Positions 29,755 through 38,971 of a DNA stretch of 64,000 nt are shown here, piece by piece. The stretch is from an uncultured delta proteobacterium (GTDB lineage Bacteria; Desulfobacterota; Binatia; Binatales; Binataceae). Position numbers and translations under genes: made by a program. Location: NCBI GenBank assembly GCA_963724395.1, contig CAVRUK010000006.1, positions 2,379,125 through 2,443,124 on the forward strand, written 5' to 3'. Numbering within the stretch: the first letter of the stretch is position 1; each line of letters begins with the position of its first letter. The notes beneath the pieces are model-generated. The model searched no databases, was not told the DNA's origin, and worked only from the letters and a program-made list of their open reading frames with translations.

Positions 29755-30888
29755 TCATCGATGGACCGGCTCAGCGACTGCGAACGTTTGACTTCGCCGG
29801 ATCTGAAACCTGGCGGACAACGAATGCCCGACGGCGACCAGCGGCCGCTCGAGCAGGTAGTAACTGGCCGAGGCGCAGACGAATAGAGCAACGATGTTCA
29901 GAGGCCATTCCTGCAGCCGGCCGAACGGGAGCGGTCGCGGAACTTTCCATGTCACAAGGAATAGCTGCTGCCATAGGTAAAGGCTGTACGAAATCCTCCC
30001 GATCCAGCGCATTGGCGAGGTTTCGAGAATCCGGCTGAAAAAAAGCCCGGGATTGAGAACCGTGCCAACCAGTATGACGGGAACCAGGAAGCTCTCCCAC
30101 GTCATCTGCATCGGCGGGTTCAGAGCGATGCATGCGATCAGCGCCAGCAGCAGGCTGCCTATCACAGTTGCCGACAGGCGCCGGGCCAAAGTCGCTCGGT
30201 AAGCCGGCACGCTGGCGATCACCGCAATCCAGCATCCCCATAGCAAGCCGTCGAATCGCGTGTCCGTTCTCTCGTAAATGTCGTCGGACAGGACGCCGGG
30301 CCAGATTTGTCCATGGAACCAATGAAAGTCCGCTATCCGCCACAGCGCGACGGCGACCGCTATCCCCGGCAAGTAGTGCCTTGCACGACTGGACCCGAGC
30401 GTCAGCAGCGCGGCGGGCCAGATCAGGTAGAAGTGTTCCTCGACCGCGAGCGACCAGAAGTGCCCGGTGTACCATCCGGATCCCTCGGGCATCACGATGT
30501 AATTGCGGGAAAAAAACACACTGCTCAGCCATTCGCGCGGGCTGACGACGACCACGCCGGCTATCGCGAGCAGGCCAACTATCGCCAGATATGCAAACGC
30601 CGGCGGCAGGATCCTGAACACTCGCCGTATATAGAAGCTGCCGAGACTTATCTCCCCGGTTTTCTCATTCTCGTCGAGCAATCGCCCGCAGATCAGTAGT
30701 CCGCTGATACCAAAAAACAGGTCAACGCCGAATACTCCGCGCTGGCTCGCTGTGTACCATACCGAACTAGCGTATTGACCTCCCGGGTAGAACAATGCGC
30801 TGCCGCCGTGCGCGAATATCACCAGCAGGATCGCGATCGCGCGCCATCCGTCGAGAGTCGGGCGGTAGTCTTTCGAAGGACGGCTCAC
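29755..30888 (-). CDS. acyltransferase family 3 (OafA-like membrane O-acyltransferase)
   Basis: N-terminal 'LDGWRAIAILLVIFAHG' plus multi-TM acyl_transf_3 pattern. Confidence 0.85.
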   Translation of the reverse strand: MSRPSKDYRPTLDGWRAIAILLVIFAHGGSALFYPGGQYASSVWYTASQRGVFGVDLFFGISGLLICGRLLDENEKTGEISLGSFYIRRVFRILPPAFAYLAIVGLLAIAGVVVVSPREWLSSVFFSRNYIVMPEGSGWYTGHFWSLAVEEHFYLIWPAALLTLGSSRARHYLPGIAVAVALWRIADFHWFHGQIWPGVLSDDIYERTDTRFDGLLWGCWIAVIASVPAYRATLARRLSATVIGSLLLALIACIALNPPMQMTWESFLVPVILVGTVLNPGLFFSRILETSPMRWIGRISYSLYLWQQLFLVTWKVPRPLPFGRLQEWPLNIVALFVCASASYYLLERPLVAVGHSLSARFQIRRSQTFAVAEPVHR

Positions 30889-30962
30889 GGAGCGAGCGAG
30901 GTTAAGCTTACGAGCATCATGCTACCGGGAAAGGTGTTGATGTTAATTCCGCGCCGGAAGGC

Positions 30963-32558
30963 TTATGAGCGGCTATCTGAAAGTCGGAGCGCCAGGTAGT
31001 GACCGATCCGCTGACGCCAGAGATTCCTGTCACCTGCCCGCAATACCAGCGCGCCGGCGTATATGACTGCGGCAACGTTTGCCGCCAGGAATTCGAGTGT
31101 GAATGGAATCCAGCCGGCCGCGACTCCTCTGCGATGCGCCACGTACCAGATAAGTGCCGTCCAGGGCAGGGCTATCAGCGTCGCGCGGGCCGTCTCGCGG
31201 GCGACTGCGGGCGCTTCCACCCCGAAACGTCGGCAATAGACCCGAACGTCGTACCACGCATCGGTCGCGCAAAATGCGATCACTGTGGCGAGCGTCACTC
31301 CATATAGCCCCAGCCATTCCCCTAACAGGAAGCTAAGGCTGAGGTTCATTATTGAACCGGTGGTACTCACCCAGACGCGGTCGCGCGTGTGACCTTGCAT
31401 GTCGATCAAGAACGAGAACAGCGCCAGGAAACCAAACAGGACGCCCTGTATAGATGTGAGCAACGCAAGGCGATCCCCAGCGTAATGCTCGGCGCCTACC
31501 CATAAACTCACAAAGCGTGCGTCATAGGCGGCCGCGGTGAGACCTACAGCCATCCCAAAGCCCACCACGAAGCGGACCAGTTCCAGCGTCCGCTCCTGAA
31601 GCAATGCGGGTCTTTCGCTTGCGAGAATTTCAGACAGTCCCGCCCAACTCGCGCCGGCTACCGCGGCGAAGCTCTGAGACACCGAAGCGACCAGCCTCTG
31701 TGTCACGATGAAGGACGTCACTGCTGCCGGGGCCGCAACCAGCGCCACGACGATGTAGTCCGTCATCAGGTTGATTTGGTTGCCAGTCCCGACCACCGTG
31801 AAGGACCGCCGCAATCTGTTCAAGCGCGCGCGATCTACCTCGGCAGGTGGAGCCCGCAGGAAACCCGGCACGTAACGCAAGGCGAACAACGCGAGCACGA
31901 TCGCGGAAACTCCGCTCGCCGCGACGAATGCGATCGACTGGCCCACCAGTCCGTAACCCAGCCACGCGAGCCCTACCCCAAGCGCCATCCAGGCCAGAGA
32001 TTGTAAAAGAGACGCTATCGTCTGTAAGTAGCTTCGCTGCAAGCAGCCCAACACTGAGCCTAGGAACTGCGGTGCGCCAAGCGGAACCGCCGCCACACCT
32101 ACCAAGCTCGCGATTCGAAGCTCATTACGCATACCTGGCGTAACCGGCACCACTACTGGCATGAGCCACGCCAGCAACACAGATGCTGGAAGAACTACGA
32201 CCAGCGATTGCCGCAAGATTAGCTTGAGGGCCGTCCGGGTCAGTCCTGCTAATCGGAGAAGTTGTCCGCGGCCCGCCCACTCTAATGCGAGTACGCATAG
32301 CGCTGAGTCGAGACCGAAATACAAGTAACCCGCGTAGCCACTCCATTGCTGCGAAGCCCGCAGTGCGCCGAAGCGCTCGCTACCGAGGTAACGGATCAGT
32401 AGCGGCGTCGCGACGAACCCCGCGAGCATCACCGCCGCAGTCCGGATCATGGTGGCCAGCATCGCGAGCGCGGCCAGCGCCGTGCGACCCGAGCCGTGTG
32501 ACGGCGGGGTGCCGGCGTCTTCGTTAGAAGGCGTTTCTATATTGCTGTGGACTTCCAA
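30963..32558 (-). CDS. wzx: polysaccharide flippase (Wzx-like, MOP superfamily)
   Basis: About 12-14 predicted TM helices with polysaccharide biosynthesis protein (MOP) pattern. Start uncertain; an internal M at residue 33-37 is possible. Confidence 0.7.
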   Translation of the reverse strand: MEVHSNIETPSNEDAGTPPSHGSGRTALAALAMLATMIRTAAVMLAGFVATPLLIRYLGSERFGALRASQQWSGYAGYLYFGLDSALCVLALEWAGRGQLLRLAGLTRTALKLILRQSLVVVLPASVLLAWLMPVVVPVTPGMRNELRIASLVGVAAVPLGAPQFLGSVLGCLQRSYLQTIASLLQSLAWMALGVGLAWLGYGLVGQSIAFVAASGVSAIVLALFALRYVPGFLRAPPAEVDRARLNRLRRSFTVVGTGNQINLMTDYIVVALVAAPAAVTSFIVTQRLVASVSQSFAAVAGASWAGLSEILASERPALLQERTLELVRFVVGFGMAVGLTAAAYDARFVSLWVGAEHYAGDRLALLTSIQGVLFGFLALFSFLIDMQGHTRDRVWVSTTGSIMNLSLSFLLGEWLGLYGVTLATVIAFCATDAWYDVRVYCRRFGVEAPAVARETARATLIALPWTALIWYVAHRRGVAAGWIPFTLEFLAANVAAVIYAGALVLRAGDRNLWRQRIGHYLALRLSDSRS

Positions 32559-32570
32559 GCTGGCAGACCC

Positions 32571-33707
32571 TCAAGCCGGCTCGCAGCTCGAGGCGAGAAT
32601 CTCGCGCGCCATGTCATCCCACGTGTACTGCCGCAACTGACGGGACAAGGGGATCACGCGCTGCTTCCATAGTTCGAGTTGCGAACGCCACAAAAGCAGC
32701 TTCTCAACCAACTCTTCCACCCGTTCCGGATCGTCAAGAAGGTGGTTCCCGAGTTCGGCCGGATAACGTTCCGCGACCCCGGCGCCGGCGCTCACGATCG
32801 CGGGGATCCCGCAGCATAGGGCTTCGTGGACGTTGAGCCCATACGCCTCGTAGCGCACCGGCGAGACCAGCAGGTCGCAGGCACGCAACAGTAGCGGCAC
32901 GTCACGGCGAAAGCCGAGAAAATGAATGCGCCGCTCCATCCCTGATCGGTCGGTCCTCTCTCGCCATATAGGAGCTTCCGCCCCCGTGCCGATAACGACT
33001 AATTCTGCGTCCCACCGGAGATCGCCGCAGAGAATCTTCCACGCCTCGAAAAGTGTGTCGAACCCCTTCCGCCGGTCCCCGATAGCCCCGACGAACGCTA
33101 CCATCGGCGTCCCGTCATTCCATCCGAGTCCGCGCCGAATCGCCGCGCGCTCGTCAGGCGATGCGGGCCGGAACAGCTCCGGATCTGTGCCGTAGTAAAT
33201 TGTGCGCACTTTGGAGCGAGGGATGCCCGGCCGCCCTTCCAGATCCTCGCGCGTGCGGTTCGAGTTGGTAATCACGATATGGGCGCGACTCAGCGCGCGG
33301 CGTTCGCCGGTGCGTGCCATCCGGTTTGAAAGCGCAAGCTTGATTCGATGTACCAGCCCGGCGCTCGTTTCGCGTCGATAAGCAGCGTGCACATAATGCA
33401 CCCAGTTGACATCATCCCAGATACAATTCCCGCCGTTGGCGATTACCTTACCGCCGCGTTGAGAGATCCGACGTGCCCACCTGCGCCCGATTCGATCGAG
33501 CAGCGGCGCCGCCAACATGTATGAACGAGCCAGCTTGGGCACGCGATGCACTATCACGTTGGGGCGCATAGCGAGTTCCGGATCTACTCTGTACGCAACC
33601 AGATGCGTCTCGGCGCCGCGTTCGGCCACGTATCGCGCCAGCGCGTAGTTGGCGCGGTCCATCCCTCCCGTCTTGACGAAGTCTCCGGTGACAATGAGGT
33701 ACGGCTT
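32571..33707 (-). CDS. glycosyltransferase family 4
   Basis: GT4 motifs ('MKPYLIVTGDF..GGMDRANY', 'EAYGLNVHEALCCGIPAIV'). Start at MKPYL gives a TGATG overlap with the upstream gene's stop. Confidence 0.8.
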   Translation of the reverse strand, partial: KPYLIVTGDFVKTGGMDRANYALARYVAERGAETHLVAYRVDPELAMRPNVIVHRVPKLARSYMLAAPLLDRIGRRWARRISQRGGKVIANGGNCIWDDVNWVHYVHAAYRRETSAGLVHRIKLALSNRMARTGERRALSRAHIVITNSNRTREDLEGRPGIPRSKVRTIYYGTDPELFRPASPDERAAIRRGLGWNDGTPMVAFVGAIGDRRKGFDTLFEAWKILCGDLRWDAELVVIGTGAEAPIWRERTDRSGMERRIHFLGFRRDVPLLLRACDLLVSPVRYEAYGLNVHEALCCGIPAIVSAGAGVAERYPAELGNHLLDDPERVEELVEKLLLWRSQLELWKQRVIPLSRQLRQYTWDDMAREILASSCEPA

Positions 33708-35134
33708 CATCGACCCCGCATTTGATTGGAACTTTCCTGGGCGTTCGAAAGAGCCACCGCAAACAGGATCGCGTTCAACATCCAGAACTCCATTCCCATC
33801 TGGCTGCCGAAAAAAGGATAGCCAAGAGAAGTACCCACCGCCCCGACGTCGTATGCGCAAATCACCGCCGCCAGGATAGCCATTTCCGGATCGATTCGCG
33901 CCAGCGACAGCCTGAAGGCAAACAGGGTCGTCACCGCGATTGCGTAGAGGTAAACAAGGATCAGGGGAATGCCCCCGTCCACCAACCAGGCGGTGAACTG
34001 CTCTTCCGCCCAGATGCTGGCGGTGTTGGGATCGGAATTGTCGCCGAAGTAATGATTCATCATCCCCCAGCGCCCCAGTCCTGCGCCGAGCGGATACTGG
34101 GGCAGGAGTTCCTCGATCGAGTACTCGATGAAATGACCGCGATTCTCATGATAGACGGTTCCGGGGTCGGCCGCCGTAAGTGTGGCGAATCGGTCGGCGA
34201 CCTCATTGCCCCCGACCGCGATTGCCCAGGTGAAGCCGAAAAACGCGACCACGCCGAGCACCGCGAGCAGCCGGGTCAAGGTTCCGGCTTCGTACCTGCG
34301 CCAGGCAGGCAGGGTCGCGCGAACCCTCGCGCGCCTGATGGCCAGGATGATGGTCAGCACGGCGGCGCAGATAACCAACATCACCAAACACGACCGCACG
34401 TGAGAGAGAAAAATAGCGGCCAGGCCCACCAGCATCGTTCCGATCGCAACCATTCTGCTCGACCACTTCCTCCATGTCAGCATGAAGCCCGCGCCGAACA
34501 GCACCGCGTAAATGCCCGCCGTTCCGGATCCGCCGGGGGAGTCCGTCAGCCCCATCGCGCGGAACACCTGTTCCCCGTACGCGTTCCGGAACTGCAGGCC
34601 TCTCATATAGGCTCTGCCCTGGTTGAGGATGACCGTGGAAATAGCAGGTTCGAATCGCCCCGGGTAGTAAACCTGCACGATACCGAGCAGGGCGCTCAAC
34701 GATTGGAATATCCAAATCAGAAGCAGCACGCGGCGCAGACTCGTCACATCGACCGACAGGCGCGGAACCCAGAACACCGGACCCAGTATCGCCAGGTACA
34801 TCGCGATTTGTGCCGCGCCGGCAGCCAACGTGTTGGTGGTCGGATTGAAAAACTCCAGCGCAACAATAGCCATTACGAACTTTGCCGGCTTGACTGCGGG
34901 CGAAGGCGTCCCCTTGCCACGCAGCCCGAATAGAAGCGCGATGCTGGTGCCAAATACCGCCATTCGTACAACCACCCGGACCTGTCCGATTGAGCCCGAG
35001 AGCAACGCGACCTGGCACACGAATCCCAGCGCGAACATCAGTTCTACCGCGTGCGTGCGGAGGAAGGTCACTGAAGCGCGCCGGCGTTCCTGCGCGTATC
35101 GGTTCTCGGTATATGAGGCCGCTCCGGAGGTCAT
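33707..35134 (-). CDS. O-antigen ligase/polymerase-like membrane protein (Wzy_C-type)
   Basis: Polytopic with a large loop; resembles Wzy/O-antigen ligase family proteins. Confidence 0.6.
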   Translation of the reverse strand: MTSGAASYTENRYAQERRRASVTFLRTHAVELMFALGFVCQVALLSGSIGQVRVVVRMAVFGTSIALLFGLRGKGTPSPAVKPAKFVMAIVALEFFNPTTNTLAAGAAQIAMYLAILGPVFWVPRLSVDVTSLRRVLLLIWIFQSLSALLGIVQVYYPGRFEPAISTVILNQGRAYMRGLQFRNAYGEQVFRAMGLTDSPGGSGTAGIYAVLFGAGFMLTWRKWSSRMVAIGTMLVGLAAIFLSHVRSCLVMLVICAAVLTIILAIRRARVRATLPAWRRYEAGTLTRLLAVLGVVAFFGFTWAIAVGGNEVADRFATLTAADPGTVYHENRGHFIEYSIEELLPQYPLGAGLGRWGMMNHYFGDNSDPNTASIWAEEQFTAWLVDGGIPLILVYLYAIAVTTLFAFRLSLARIDPEMAILAAVICAYDVGAVGTSLGYPFFGSQMGMEFWMLNAILFAVALSNAQESSNQMRGR

Positions 35135-35228
35135 CTCAAGTCACTGATTGTCGTGTACCCTCGCTGAATAGCCATTGCGTATCGGCTGTTAAGGCGCTGA
35201 CAATAAAGCATCCCTGACATCTGACGGT

Positions 35229-36833
35229 TCAATCGCCGTGCACGGCGCCGGTAGGCGACGGTCGATCGAAACCCCGGCCATCTACCGCCATCTCAGGCTG
35301 CGGTTGGCCTCGCGCGTAAACGTCAAAATACACCCCTCGAAATACAATCGGAGCGTCGCGAACTGATTGTTGGAACGCGGGATTGCGCCACTGGGACAAC
35401 TGGTCTCCTGGTTGCTGAAGTGTAGGCGCTATAATGAAGCGCGCTGACGACATTTGCGCCAGCTCTCGACTGGATTCGGCCGCGACGCCGACGCCCATAT
35501 CCATGAATACTTTCACGGGCCTGCGGAGCCACGGAAACAGAGCCTCTCCGCCGCCGTCCCAGGTGAACAACACCGCGTTGGCGCCCACCAATCCCTGAAT
35601 CTTATGCCACTCCGCAGCTTCCTGCGGCGGGGCAAATAGTCCGGCGGTGGCGCTATCGTGAACCATCGTTTGCCAGGCGCGCAGACCGCTTTTGACGGCA
35701 CTGAAATTCGCGACGGCAGCCACTACACTGAGAATCCAGACCATTCTCGCGCTCAAGGCGTTCCATGTTTCGGTCGTCAGAATTGCGAAAAACAGAATAT
35801 ACACATAGTACCGCCAGGCATTGTACGGACCAAAAAACAGTCCAACGAACGCGAAGTGCAGGACTGCGCAACTAAGTGCGATTTCCCAATTTCGTGGCAA
35901 CTTGCTTTTATGAACCAGACAGGTCCAGAGCGTGGCGGCGAGCGTCCCTAAAATATAGAGGCTACCCAGGCACCATACGGTAACGGGAGTGCCCAGGTAG
36001 TACCCAAGTCTCACTCCGGGAAAGTGGAAAAACTGGGTCGCACCGCCACGCCATCCCCAGTGCATCGCCGTATAGATTTGTGCTCCGTCAAAGGGCAACA
36101 GAGTCTTTAGCGCTACAGAAGGGCCGTAAACCGCCGCCGAGAGCGACAACAGCGCCAGACCGGTGAAGGCAGCCGGAGCCATCGCACGGGCAAGTTCTAC
36201 GGGCTTGACTCCGCCGTCCCGCGCTAACGAGCGCACTATCAATACCAGTAGTAAGAACCCATAGACGTAACCCATGCTTGGCTTCGCGAAACAAGCAGCC
36301 GTTGCGAAGGCTAGCGCGCCGCTACGCTGGCCGCGTCCGTGAAGCACCAGCGCGGCGGCGAGGAGCACCGGCTCGGTCGCATGCACAACATCCCAAGTGA
36401 GAACGTCGCAAATGAACGGCATGCTCACTGCCATCAGCACCCACCCGGCGGCGCGGCTTTGGTCGCCTGCAAAGCACGCAACCAGGACTGCGAACACCGC
36501 GATTAAGAGGGCCGATAGGGCGAGTTGCGCGGCCGGGCCAACGCCCCAGAGAAGGAACCAAAGATGCTGTCCGAGGAGCGGCAGAACGCCGTACGGCCAG
36601 CCAAAATCTACCGCGACTACGAAGTTGTGCCTTAGCAGGTAGTCAGCAGTCAGAAAGCCCCCGGGGGTGAGAAATGCATACGATTCGAAATTGTAGAGAA
36701 GCGGCCACTCCACGACCCAAACGGCGCACAACTCTAAAATCAGCACCAGCGCGAATAGCCACGGCACGCGCCCAGACCGAGGGCGTTCCAGCGTGTATCG
36801 GTTCTCGGCGTAGGCTGCCGCTGCAGAGGTCAT
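35229..36833 (-). CDS. polytopic membrane protein, possible GT-C-like glycosyltransferase or polymerase
   Basis: More than 10 TM helices. Start placed at MTSAAAAY, paralogous to the start of 33707..35134. Confidence 0.5.
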   Translation of the reverse strand: MTSAAAAYAENRYTLERPRSGRVPWLFALVLILELCAVWVVEWPLLYNFESYAFLTPGGFLTADYLLRHNFVVAVDFGWPYGVLPLLGQHLWFLLWGVGPAAQLALSALLIAVFAVLVACFAGDQSRAAGWVLMAVSMPFICDVLTWDVVHATEPVLLAAALVLHGRGQRSGALAFATAACFAKPSMGYVYGFLLLVLIVRSLARDGGVKPVELARAMAPAAFTGLALLSLSAAVYGPSVALKTLLPFDGAQIYTAMHWGWRGGATQFFHFPGVRLGYYLGTPVTVWCLGSLYILGTLAATLWTCLVHKSKLPRNWEIALSCAVLHFAFVGLFFGPYNAWRYYVYILFFAILTTETWNALSARMVWILSVVAAVANFSAVKSGLRAWQTMVHDSATAGLFAPPQEAAEWHKIQGLVGANAVLFTWDGGGEALFPWLRRPVKVFMDMGVGVAAESSRELAQMSSARFIIAPTLQQPGDQLSQWRNPAFQQSVRDAPIVFRGVYFDVYARGQPQPEMAVDGRGFDRPSPTGAVHGD

Positions 36834-36900
36834 CTCAAGGCCCTGATCGGCGATGTCATTCACCCGGTGACCGGCCTCGGCTTCGCATTGCTTAGCCTCG

Positions 36901-37647
36901 TCAGCTTCTTCGACACCACATCAGACCAGCGCGGACGAGGCCGGAAAGTGGCGGATCGAAGCTGAATTCCTGTCCCAACTGAACGTGCCAGCCGAGTTCG
37001 AGGAGGCGACGATGCAATATGTCTCGGGTGCCGCTCCGCCGTTCGTTGTCGTGCCATTCCATAACCAGCGTCTTGACCGGAAGATGCGAGAAGCGCTCAT
37101 CCATCAGTATGTCGTATTCCGCGCCTTCACAGTCGAGCTTCAGGAAGTCTACGGGCTGATCGCCAACCAGGTCAAAAAAATCCTCGATTCGGACCGGTAT
37201 CGTTCCATCGTCGCCGGAAACCGACGAGCACGATCCTGCGTCGCTCATGAACCCCGGCGCCGACAACACGCCGACTCCGAACGGATGGAGTTTCACGCGG
37301 TCCTCCAGGTGATTCAACGCAAGATGACCGCGGATCATCTCGATGTGAACGGGATGCGGCTCGAACGCCTCGATCGTGGCGGTGGGAAAGATGCGCGCGA
37401 AGTAGAGCGATGCATATCCCACGTTCGCGCCCACGTCGAGCGCCCGCGAGACGCTCTCGATTTCAAATTCCGGCGGAGGCAGGTAGCAGTTAGCAACGAA
37501 AATCTCGTGAGCGACGCTGAGATCATAAATCTTGCCGCGGGCCGGACGGAGGATGAGCCTTTCGCCGGTCCTGAGCCTCACGCGAACCGGGGAATCTGTG
37601 GAAATTATGCGCCATCCGAGGTAGCGAAGCCGGCTGGCCGGCGTCAT
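36901..37647 (-). CDS. FkbM-family SAM-dependent methyltransferase
   Basis: 'LDVGANVGYASLYFA...FLKLDCEGAEYD' FkbM signature. Start set at MTPASRLRYL. Confidence 0.75.
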   Translation of the reverse strand: MTPASRLRYLGWRIISTDSPVRVRLRTGERLILRPARGKIYDLSVAHEIFVANCYLPPPEFEIESVSRALDVGANVGYASLYFARIFPTATIEAFEPHPVHIEMIRGHLALNHLEDRVKLHPFGVGVLSAPGFMSDAGSCSSVSGDDGTIPVRIEDFFDLVGDQPVDFLKLDCEGAEYDILMDERFSHLPVKTLVMEWHDNERRSGTRDILHRRLLELGWHVQLGQEFSFDPPLSGLVRAGLMWCRRS

Positions 37648-37670
37648 CAGGTCTCTTAGCCTCCTCACTA

Positions 37671-38927
37671 TCAACCATCTACGCGGCGGGGACCCGCTCC
37701 GGTCATCGATGAACGCGGCGCTACGCGGTCTTGGACGAGCGACTCGCCCGGACTGCGCCGAACGGCCTGCGCATAGACGCGCTCGAGGCTGCCGACGACG
37801 ATCTCCCAATCGTATCTGCCAACCGCAAGTTCCCGGTTGTAACTTCCCATCGAGGCGCGCACTTCGGGGGTGGCAGCGAGTATTTCAACCAGCGCGCGGG
37901 CGAGCGCATCTGCATCGCCAGCCGCGACCCTGCGGCCTCCGCGCGGCGCATCAACCATGTAACCGAGGCCGCCCGCGTCGGTCGCGACGAGCGGTTTGCC
38001 ACACGCCATCGCCTCGAGCGCGCTGAGTGGGAACGGGTCGCCATGCGACGGCAAGCAATACACCGTGCAATCCCGCATCACTTCGGGTACTCGATCACGC
38101 GTGACATCGCCCAGCATCGAGGCCCGATTCGCCCACGCAGAGCCGAGTACGCGGCGACGCACAGCCTCAACCTCAGGGCCGTCACCGGCAATCTTGAGTT
38201 GGGCCTCGGGGATAGCCTCCGCCACCCGATCAAACGCGTCGAGCAGCGTGTGAATTCCCTTTTCCTCGCGCAGCACACCGAGAAAGAGCACCGTAGGGAG
38301 GCGAGGCATCTCGGCATCGGCCGCGGGCCTGAACACTTTGGTATCAACGCCGAACGGCAGGTAGACGAGGCGTTCAGGCGGGATGCCCTTGTGACGCATA
38401 CCGGCCATTGCGGCGGGACTCGTGAGCAATATCGTCGAGGCCATTCGCTCCTGCCTCGCCAGGCACGCGTTGACGAGCGCTCGCGGCAGGAGCCTAAGCG
38501 CCTTGCGAACGGGGCCCGGTGCTTTACGAACCGGCCAGCGTGGCGTACACGGCCCCAAGATGAGCGGAACTCGGTCTGTCGGCAGCATGGCACTGTGCGG
38601 ATCGGTAACCGGGTTCAGTTGATGGATCAGGTCGAAGCGCGTCCGCCGCGAAAGCCGACGGTAGAGAGCCGCTACCTTAAGCATTCCCTGGAGCGAGCGG
38701 CCCGCCGTAGTGGGGGCGTTCACCTTGAACGGGTGGACGCGCATTCCAGATGGGGAATCGCCTTTGAGGCTAACCGCGTAGGCGGTGACGTCTACCTCGA
38801 TTCCTCGGCGCACGAGCCGATTCAGGTATTGCCATGCAATGAGTCCGTCGCCGTGCGGCAAATGGTTGGTCAGCACATTAGTGATGGCGAAAACTCGCGC
38901 GCCGCCAGAGGATTGAAAGTGTGTATC
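37671..38927 (-). CDS. glycosyltransferase family 4 (paralog of 28443..29609)
   Basis: Shared motifs with the 28443 gene; start at MDTHFQ. Confidence 0.75.
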   Translation of the reverse strand, partial: DTHFQSSGGARVFAITNVLTNHLPHGDGLIAWQYLNRLVRRGIEVDVTAYAVSLKGDSPSGMRVHPFKVNAPTTAGRSLQGMLKVAALYRRLSRRTRFDLIHQLNPVTDPHSAMLPTDRVPLILGPCTPRWPVRKAPGPVRKALRLLPRALVNACLARQERMASTILLTSPAAMAGMRHKGIPPERLVYLPFGVDTKVFRPAADAEMPRLPTVLFLGVLREEKGIHTLLDAFDRVAEAIPEAQLKIAGDGPEVEAVRRRVLGSAWANRASMLGDVTRDRVPEVMRDCTVYCLPSHGDPFPLSALEAMACGKPLVATDAGGLGYMVDAPRGGRRVAAGDADALARALVEILAATPEVRASMGSYNRELAVGRYDWEIVVGSLERVYAQAVRRSPGESLVQDRVAPRSSMTGAGPRRVDG

Positions 38928-38971
38928 CATGCTTCCGAACGAGACCGGGCCATGACCTGCGTTTCCCGCGT

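Noticed and set aside
28443-29891. N-terminal extensions of several GT4 ORFs (e.g. 28443..29891, 23942..25357, 37671..39062, 36901..37809)
   Set aside because: The extensions are low-complexity Arg-rich and overlap upstream genes. Conserved GT4 or FkbM N-termini begin at internal ATG/TTG codons.
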